In this document: positions 47,927 through 54,200 of the stretch, in pieces
Layout: the number at the start of each line of letters is the position of its first letter
Numbering within the stretch: the stretch's first letter is position 1
Origin: a virus
Taxonomy: Duplodnaviria > Caudoviricetes
Strand: one strand, 5' to 3'
Length of the DNA stretch: 54,200 nucleotides
Virus record (IMG/VR): IMGVR_UViG_3300030098_002293
Span: 1-54,200 of that record
Position numbers and translations under genes: made by a program
The notes under the pieces: generated by a model
The model's database searches: none
What the model was told of the DNA's origin: nothing
What the model saw: only the letters and a program-made list of their open reading frames with translations

Positions 47927-50143
47927 TTAATTTTTAATTATTTTAGACATATCACCTTTGTTTGAATATTTAGCAATATTTATATTTAGTTTTGGTTTTT
48001 CAATTTTCGCGTTTGGAGCATATAAATGCCTATTACAAGCCATTATAGCTAATCCAGAACTTATTGTCGCGTCAAATTTAGTTCTTTTTGTTATATCAAA
48101 TTTAGCCCAATCGTTTAATGTTTTATTAAAATACATACTTCCGTAATTCCCGTCTCCTAAATGTCCTATATGCTGTTGAATATACATTTCAATTGCTGCT
48201 GCGTGGGCTTGTTTTATATCTTCACTTGAGTTTGGTATACCACCTATTTCTTTTTCAGCTGTAGATAATTTATTCCAAACTTTATCAGGTCTATTCATAC
48301 TAAAACCTCTATATCCTCTTCTTCTTAAATAGTATAATAATCTAGGTTTGTTATTCTCACACAACAAAGGCATACCATAAAATACTAATGCCATTAACAC
48401 ATCTTCAAAAAATATCTCTGCTGTTTGTGGTCTAGCAATATATTCTAAAAAAAACTGATTAGCTGGAGCGCTTTCCATGCTGAACTTAGTTAGGCCGTGC
48501 AAAGCCCCATTCGATCCTCTTCCATCAACCGTCCCTGATATATCATAACTATCACATCCAAAAGCGCCCATGTGCTCGTTACCAGGGTACCTTATACCGT
48601 TTTTTACTATAATTTTATTTTGCAAATGAGATGGGGGTGTCCAACTTATTCTAAATCTACCTTTTGGATTTGGATAAAATATAACTTGTGTATCTTTAAT
48701 TCCATTGACCCATTGAAAGTTTCCTGTAGATATATTAGCTAAGCTACCTACTCCATCATTATAATCTATTTGCTCGTATAATTTAACAAGATTAAATATA
48801 CTATTCAAAGCTTCATCTCTAAACGCGTGCTCTTCGGTTCTTGGAAATTGTCTGTAAAATTCATTTAAAGCATCGTGGTCAGATTTTAATCCTTCAACCT
48901 CATTCTCCCAATGCTCTATTATTCCATAATCTATTAATTCACCGTCCGGTCCGTGTACATCATTATCTGGGTTATTAAAGACTGGTATACCGAACTCGTC
49001 AATAAATCCTTCGTAGTTCCATTCCATTGGGATAAAAAGAGAATATAAACCAGACTTTGTTTGTCCATTTCTGTTTCTTTGGGTAACGTCGGAATCATTA
49101 TATAGTTTTTTAAAATTATCACCTCCTTTATCTAAAGCGTTGGATGTTGATCCCATCATACACTTGCCAACTATCTTGCTACCTAATCTTAAACATGTTT
49201 TTGTAACTCGCCAGTTGTTTAAAATATTATCAGGCCTTTCCCATTTACCGCTTTCATCGTGTACTAGTAGATTAAGTTTTTCACCATCATAACTATTGTC
49301 TCCAGTATTCTTCCAATCAATAGTTGTGTCTAAACCTTGTAGGTCTTCTAATTGTTCATTACTAGTTATTTTCTTTCTAGTAAATTTACTCGCTGGTACT
49401 CTATATGCAAGTTCTGTTTTAGGTCGATCCATACCATCTTGAATCGGTTTAAAAAAGAAAGGATAATTTACTGATATTGGAACTACTTTATCTGTAAACA
49501 TTTTTTTAGCATCAGCACCTGTTTTAGAAAGTATCCCATATCTACTATCACTTGATATGGTGGCTAAATTAACTGTTTCTGCGGACGACATAAAAGAAAA
49601 TCCAGAACGACGGTTTTTAAGATAAGCCATACCATAACATCTTTTGTCTGCTTTGCACGCTTCCCAAAATATAAAAAACAATCTATTTGCTTCTCTATAA
49701 TCTGGAGCGCCTACATCAATTTTGCTCCATTGTAAATACATGTAGTGCGTTCCTGTTATCCATATTGGTTTACCTTTGTTTATAAACCAAAAACCTTCTT
49801 CTCTTCTTTTAAATTCCTCGTCTATATAGTCGTACCATTGTTCTTTTTGTTCATCTGGATAGTTTCTCCAATCGAATATATTTTTTATTCTTTGTAACTC
49901 TTTAGGATATTCTTGTTTAACCCATTTGTTGCTTTCGTGCTTATACACTTTTTTAGGTGGTTTTGGTAACGCTATAACTAAATTTTGTATTTCTATAATC
50001 TCACCTATAACCCCATTATGTGATAACACTATTAAATCATGCTCTTTATTATAACCGTATTTCCACTTTTTTCCACGGTTCATACGTGTTACAGTAGTTC
50101 TTTTTATCGGCTCAACCGTTTTAACTAAACTTTGCTCGTACAT
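47927..50143 (-). CDS. terL: terminase large subunit
   Basis: Walker A-like KNRRSGFS, Walker B LLVHDESGKW, MGSTSN, nuclease FGCDSYD, CENN and FDATISSG. Confidence 0.9.
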   Translation of the reverse strand: MYEQSLVKTVEPIKRTTVTRMNRGKKWKYGYNKEHDLIVLSHNGVIGEIIEIQNLVIALPKPPKKVYKHESNKWVKQEYPKELQRIKNIFDWRNYPDEQKEQWYDYIDEEFKRREEGFWFINKGKPIWITGTHYMYLQWSKIDVGAPDYREANRLFFIFWEACKADKRCYGMAYLKNRRSGFSFMSSAETVNLATISSDSRYGILSKTGADAKKMFTDKVVPISVNYPFFFKPIQDGMDRPKTELAYRVPASKFTRKKITSNEQLEDLQGLDTTIDWKNTGDNSYDGEKLNLLVHDESGKWERPDNILNNWRVTKTCLRLGSKIVGKCMMGSTSNALDKGGDNFKKLYNDSDVTQRNRNGQTKSGLYSLFIPMEWNYEGFIDEFGIPVFNNPDNDVHGPDGELIDYGIIEHWENEVEGLKSDHDALNEFYRQFPRTEEHAFRDEALNSIFNLVKLYEQIDYNDGVGSLANISTGNFQWVNGIKDTQVIFYPNPKGRFRISWTPPSHLQNKIIVKNGIRYPGNEHMGAFGCDSYDISGTVDGRGSNGALHGLTKFSMESAPANQFFLEYIARPQTAEIFFEDVLMALVFYGMPLLCENNKPRLLYYLRRRGYRGFSMNRPDKVWNKLSTAEKEIGGIPNSSEDIKQAHAAAIEMYIQQHIGHLGDGNYGSMYFNKTLNDWAKFDITKRTKFDATISSGLAIMACNRHLYAPNAKIEKPKLNINIAKYSNKGDMSKIIKN

Positions 50144-50418
50144 TACTTAGATCTACCTTCAGCGAATCCTTTAAAGACTTTTTCCTTTCTCTCTTCAGGT
50201 GCTTTTCCCTCAAGCAAGTTTTCTTCTTCTTGGATTCTGTTAAGTATTTCAAACGCGTCAAATATAGCTAGTTTTTTAGTGGCCGCGGCATTTTTTAATC
50301 TATCTGCTGATATATCGTCATCTGAATCAACTATAGGTTCTTTTGCTACTTTAATTAATTCATCAACAGCTCTCTGCCCAGCTTGGATTATATTCCTTTT
50401 CGTTTCCTTGATATTCAT
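50143..50418 (-). CDS. small helical protein, candidate terminase small subunit
   Basis: MNIKETKR... start at 50418; stop overlaps the TerL ATG; RLKNAAATKKLAIFDA helix. Confidence 0.5.
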   Translation of the reverse strand: MNIKETKRNIIQAGQRAVDELIKVAKEPIVDSDDDISADRLKNAAATKKLAIFDAFEILNRIQEEENLLEGKAPEERKEKVFKGFAEGRSK

Positions 50419-50953
50419 ATTTAATTGTAATAAATTTAGTATAAACTCTATATAGTCTTTTACCATCAATAATAAACTCATAAGTAGAGAAAGGCATGAA
50501 CCCAACTAAATCTTCTTTTTTATAGGTTCCATCTGTGTATTTTATTATACCAACACATGGATCTTCTTGATCAATACCTAATTTATCTCTTTGTTTTATT
50601 GGTTGCACAAAACAATAACCATCTACAGCTTTCCACCCGTTATCTCTTTTGTATAAAAATATTTGATCTTCTTTTACAAGATAAGTGTTTTCATTAAAAA
50701 AGCTTTTACTGTTCCTTTCTATACCGTTAATATCATGCCAACGTCTAAAAACGTTATGATGCACTATAATTGTATCACCTGGTTTTATATCTGTCTTAAA
50801 AGCTGTAGGAACAGATTTAACTATAGCTTCTCTATTTACAAATTGATGATTAAACACTTCAGTATTTAAAATAAGATCTTTATCACCAACTTTCTTGCTA
50901 TTATTATATCTTTCTCCTTTTGGCTCTATAACAAAGTCAAAAGGCGCTTTCAT
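50363..50953 (-). CDS. GroES-like (tandem) phage protein
   Basis: FVIEP...AIVKSVP...IKPGDTIIV and a second FVQP...GIIKY...DLVGF repeat resembling GroES beta-barrels. Confidence 0.5.
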   Translation of the reverse strand: MKAPFDFVIEPKGERYNNSKKVGDKDLILNTEVFNHQFVNREAIVKSVPTAFKTDIKPGDTIIVHHNVFRRWHDINGIERNSKSFFNENTYLVKEDQIFLYKRDNGWKAVDGYCFVQPIKQRDKLGIDQEDPCVGIIKYTDGTYKKEDLVGFMPFSTYEFIIDGKRLYRVYTKFITIKYEYQGNEKEYNPSWAESC

Positions 50954-51174
50954 TAATACTCTAAATTATATTCTACAGATACAGCCATATTCTTATTAAA
51001 GTCTTTCCACGGTAAAACATTTTTATTTTTTCTAATATATACAGAAAACTTTTCGTCTTCTTCTATTATATCACAAATCTTATGTCCACCATAAACCTCT
51101 TGGCCAACAGCGTAGTGCATTGCATCGTTTTTATAATCTTTACCTACACTAATTTTTCTGATCAGTTTGCTCAT
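50953..51174 (-). CDS. hypothetical protein (73 aa)
   Basis: IRKISVGKDYKNDAMHY.VGQEVYGGH; translationally coupled. Confidence 0.68.
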   Translation of the reverse strand: MSKLIRKISVGKDYKNDAMHYAVGQEVYGGHKICDIIEEDEKFSVYIRKNKNVLPWKDFNKNMAVSVEYNLEY

Positions 51175-51430
51175 TTTTATTATAATTTATTTCACCAGTT
51201 TGAATATCTATATCTGTAGTACCATATTCTTTTTCAAACTTGCTCTGCATTAAAGTTAATTCATCTTGAATACTAGCTACACCATGTAATAAATTGTGCT
51301 TTCTCGTTTCTAAAATACCTAGATCTAGTTGAGCTCTATTTATTTTACTTACAGTCTCTTGTAATTTACTTAAGTGTTCATTAGTAATTTTTGAAGGTTT
51401 TTTAACCTTCGGTGTTTTTCTTTTTGCCAT
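51149..51430 (-). CDS. coiled-coil protein (93 aa), possible assembly chaperone
   Basis: Heptad pattern; EKEYG..DIDIQTGEI tail. Confidence 0.62.
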   Translation of the reverse strand: MAKRKTPKVKKPSKITNEHLSKLQETVSKINRAQLDLGILETRKHNLLHGVASIQDELTLMQSKFEKEYGTTDIDIQTGEINYNKNEQTDQKN

Positions 51431-51456
51431 TTTATTTAATTTAAGTTAATTATTAT

Positions 51457-51681
51457 TTAGTCTTCATCTTCAGACCAATCACTAGTTTGTAATATTTCTA
51501 TTATTTGACTGTGATTATATTGTGTTTTACCATCTAAAAAACTTGGAGTGTCACCTTCAAATTTAACAAATGTTTTACTATTGTCTAAAGAGTATCTCAA
51601 TGTGCTAGCAGAAGTCTCTAAAACTTCATTAAAATTTACTGAAGAAACATCACTAGCATTTATTATTACGTATTTTCTCAT
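51457..51681 (-). CDS. hypothetical protein (74 aa)
   Basis: ATGA-coupled to the LamG gene; RYSLD..KTFVKF...P motif. Confidence 0.68.
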   Translation of the reverse strand: MRKYVIINASDVSSVNFNEVLETSASTLRYSLDNSKTFVKFEGDTPSFLDGKTQYNHSQIIEILQTSDWSEDED

Positions 51682-52424
51682 CCTTGCGTTTCCGTTGAAT
51701 ATGTTGGTGAATTTGTTAGTGTTCCATTATTGGTCGTGTCTGCGTGGTTTATCGCTGTAGTACCTGCTTTTTCTTCAAATCTATAATAGCCTACTAAATT
51801 AGTGCCTAAAGCACCAGCTAAATCTATAGTTTTATTTCTGTATATGTTACCTATTTCATCGTCAGTTAAGCATCTAGTCCATATACCAACGTCATTTATA
51901 GTTCCATTCCAAAAATTAGTTTCTGCAGTATTACCGCCTATATTAGCTGTACTTAAAGTTCCTGAGAGTGGATTGGCTATAGCTTCACTATCAGCTTTTG
52001 CACCATTCAACCATAACTCAGCATTTCCTCCATGCGTAGCTGTTCCTACTAAATGGTACCATACTCCATCATTTTCTCTTAAATTATATCCACTTGCCGA
52101 ATCTGCACATGTTTCAGCAACTCCACCAAATTTACATAGCCATCTAAGTTGATTACCACTACCATGATAAAACAGATTCATGTGATCAGAGGTTCCAACT
52201 CTAGTTTGAAATATAATGCCTGAAGTACTCATTGTTTCTAATTTTACCCAAGCAGATATTGTAAAGTTTACTTGATTAGCTTCGCCAACTAAAAAAGCCG
52301 TTGCTAATACACCAGCTAAATTATCTACTTGTACATAGTCATTACTGCCATCAAAATTAATAGATCCTTGATCGTGGAAACCAACTTCTGTCGCGTTATG
52401 ACAACCTCCTCCTAATCCTAACAT
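51678..52424 (-). CDS. LamG/concanavalin A-like virion protein (glycan binding)
   Basis: FDGSNDYV, FTISAWVK, WYHLVGT, IGG...FWNGTINDVGIW...LT..EI and LVGYYRFEE. Confidence 0.85.
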   Translation of the reverse strand: MLGLGGGCHNATEVGFHDQGSINFDGSNDYVQVDNLAGVLATAFLVGEANQVNFTISAWVKLETMSTSGIIFQTRVGTSDHMNLFYHGSGNQLRWLCKFGGVAETCADSASGYNLRENDGVWYHLVGTATHGGNAELWLNGAKADSEAIANPLSGTLSTANIGGNTAETNFWNGTINDVGIWTRCLTDDEIGNIYRNKTIDLAGALGTNLVGYYRFEEKAGTTAINHADTTNNGTLTNSPTYSTETQG

Positions 52425-53014
52425 TATTGGCCGAAATAAGCAATTATACCTCCATCTGCATCAGCTGATGGCTTAACCTCTAACCACCTTCCATATATTG
52501 TCAGTCCTTTTGGATATGTAATTCCAGATGCGTCTTCACCACCATCACCAGTTCCAAGATGCTGAGAGAACGTTAAGGTTGTACTAGAGCATGTTATAGC
52601 TCTATTAAACGTTATTACTTCGTCAGCAATTGTTTCAACTAAACAAGGTGGAGTATTAACTAAAATATCTGGTAATAAATTTTCTGTATTAGAAAAAACT
52701 TGCATACCTACTTTAATGCTACTGTTTGCAGCGCTTAAAGCGTGCGTAGTATCTGAACTCTTATTAACACATGCTTGCTGAGCATCACCATTATTGTGAG
52801 CCGCATATTCTGTGTTAAAGAAAGCTAACGGCGTTCCTTCTGATTGAAGTGTAGCTACAGATCTTTCTGATCTTAATACTGTTGGTGTGTTATCAGCTAA
52901 AAATTGAATAGCTACAATAACCATACCTTTTGGAGGTATAATTGAAGCCGCTGTTTTACAATGAGCGCTACCTTGTTGCCCAAAGTGATAATCTATATCG
53001 TATGATTTTGACAT
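52424..53014 (-). CDS. virion-type beta-rich protein (196 aa)
   Basis: FGQQGS, IVAIQFLAD and YPKGLTIYGRW...IIAYFG; coupled to the LamG gene. Confidence 0.6.
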   Translation of the reverse strand: MSKSYDIDYHFGQQGSAHCKTAASIIPPKGMVIVAIQFLADNTPTVLRSERSVATLQSEGTPLAFFNTEYAAHNNGDAQQACVNKSSDTTHALSAANSSIKVGMQVFSNTENLLPDILVNTPPCLVETIADEVITFNRAITCSSTTLTFSQHLGTGDGGEDASGITYPKGLTIYGRWLEVKPSADADGGIIAYFGQ

Positions 53015-53018
53015 AAGT

Positions 53019-53411
53019 TTATTTTTTTACTTTTTCTAGTGATCTACCACCGAAGTAAGCACCGATCACAGTTATTAATACTAATTGTAATAGATCAACC
53101 CAAGTGTCTTTTACTTCAAACTGTACTACGCCAGCATCGATAAATATCATCAATACTGTTGCTACAACTAGAAATATAAGAACCATAGGTCGTATATTTT
53201 TAGAAAGCCATGAATCTGAATTCATATCTACTTTCCATCTTTCTGTTATAGTTTTCTCCATTTCTACCTCGTAGTTGGATACTAACTCTTTTATTTTTTG
53301 ATTAGCTTCAAGCTTTTCTTCTTCAGATGTATGTAGACTATCAATTACACCACCTACACCTTCTACAAGATCTTTAGCTCCTCCACCAGTTAACATTCCT
53401 AATATATTCAT
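53019..53411 (-). CDS. holin-like membrane protein (3TM holin/DUF3154-like)
   Basis: RW..DM.SDSWLSKNIRP followed by two TM segments and YFGGRSLEK. Confidence 0.75.
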   Translation of the reverse strand: MNILGMLTGGGAKDLVEGVGGVIDSLHTSEEEKLEANQKIKELVSNYEVEMEKTITERWKVDMNSDSWLSKNIRPMVLIFLVVATVLMIFIDAGVVQFEVKDTWVDLLQLVLITVIGAYFGGRSLEKVKK

Positions 53412-53851
53412 AAATGTGTTATATTTTCTTTATTACCATTGTTTGCGTCTACTTCCCAAGGAAAATCAGTATCGCCAGCTTCTTTCCATTCACCATCAAC
53501 AAGTATTGAATCGATTCCATTGATATCTTTTCTAGGAAACTTCTCGCCGTTATACATTACATAATCATCAGTATAAGCTAGTTTACCAATTTTCATATCA
53601 GTAGCATGTCTCATTTCGTGAATTAATGTTTGCCTTTCTTGTGCACTGCCTGGCTCTACTTGATCACTAAGATATATACTTCCGTCCATATTAGCTTCAC
53701 CCATAATGCCTGGTTGTAACTTTTTTCTTATAACAGGTGTACCAGGTACAGACGCATCAGCATCACCAGACTCTTTATGAAAACAAAGTTTAGTTCTTAT
53801 TTCTCCACTTACTGCATATGGCTTTCTTGCTGTTCCTAGTTTAAATCCCAT
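53408..53851 (-). CDS. zincin-like HExxH metalloprotease-fold protein
   Basis: GEANMDGSIYL...TLIHEMRH...FPWE. Confidence 0.62.
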   Translation of the reverse strand: MGFKLGTARKPYAVSGEIRTKLCFHKESGDADASVPGTPVIRKKLQPGIMGEANMDGSIYLSDQVEPGSAQERQTLIHEMRHATDMKIGKLAYTDDYVMYNGEKFPRKDINGIDSILVDGEWKEAGDTDFPWEVDANNGNKENITHL

Positions 53852-54198
53852 TATCTTTCTATATCTTTTATCATATCATCTATAGCTTTATTATAAACTT
53901 TATCTGTATACGATTTGTTATTAAAAAATACACTTCTTTCTGATATCGGTAAGTCTTCCTCACCAAGTAGAACTCTATATATTCTACTTATTAATTGAGA
54001 GCATTTGAATGATGTTTTGAATACAGAGTACTTTATAGTAGTACGATTTCTATGTCTCCAAACTTCTATCCAACCTTCTCTTCTTAATCTTTCCCAACGG
54101 TTTTTATCCCAACTCATTGTATAAACTCCGTCAATAAACTCTTTTCGTGTAAATCTTTTTTTACAATCTAAATAAATTAATAATTCTAAATCTGCATC
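53851..54198 (-). CDS. hypothetical (possible winged-helix) protein, 5'-truncated
   Basis: Frame stays open to the window edge (DADLELLIYLDCKKRFTRKEFIDGVYTMSWDKNRWERL...). Confidence 0.6.
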   Translation of the reverse strand, partial: DADLELLIYLDCKKRFTRKEFIDGVYTMSWDKNRWERLRREGWIEVWRHRNRTTIKYSVFKTSFKCSQLISRIYRVLLGEEDLPISERSVFFNNKSYTDKVYNKAIDDMIKDIER

Positions 54199-54200
54199 TT

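Noticed and set aside
7184-52152. Plus-strand and nested ORFs across the structural arm (e.g. 18655-19020, 29822-30214, 43268-43594, 50132-50455, 51802-52152)
   Set aside because: They are antisense shadows of long minus-strand genes, with Ser/Leu/Phe-rich composition reflecting reverse-complement codon bias.
1-54200. Stop-codon reassignment, as in some crAss-like phages
   Set aside because: Long intact ORFs under the standard code tile the window, and TAA, TAG and TGA all serve as stops.
1-54200. tRNA genes, introns/inteins, integrase or IS elements
   Set aside because: Intergenic gaps are too short and AT-rich for tRNAs. NrdJ, TerL and the helicase appear uninterrupted, and no recombinase motifs were seen.

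Overview
This is an AT-rich, very gene-dense segment of a tailed (podovirus-like) dsDNA phage, most likely infecting marine Bacteroidota/Flavobacteriia. The host inference rests on A-rich SD-less start contexts, signal peptides ending before Gln, a T9SS-like C-terminal tail and an Hc1-like protein. Two convergent arms meet at a bidirectional terminator near 6.63 kb. The + arm (1-6.6 kb) holds a Twinkle/T7-type primase-helicase, a thymidylate-synthase-fold enzyme with the dCMP-hydroxymethylase signature, a GIY-YIG-like/MazG fusion, a second all-alpha NTP-pyrophosphatase-like protein, a T7 endonuclease I-like resolvase, class II RNR, a small OM beta-barrel and an Hc1-like protein. The - arm (6.65-54.2 kb) holds the holin-like gene, terminase, portal, scaffold, major capsid, tail ring/nozzle proteins (one of 3026 aa with Cys-rich GCTD repeats), ejection proteins including a 4311-aa polyvalent protein, a cassette of exported host-envelope proteins, an SNase-like nuclease, an M15 endolysin and a tandem paralog array. 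The best candidates for new biology are (i) a compact cytosine-modification and pool-cleansing module, (ii) an envelope/T9SS-cargo cassette sharing a repeat family with the tail protein, and (iii) the domain content of the giant injected protein. All calls come from motif recognition by eye; no searches were run.
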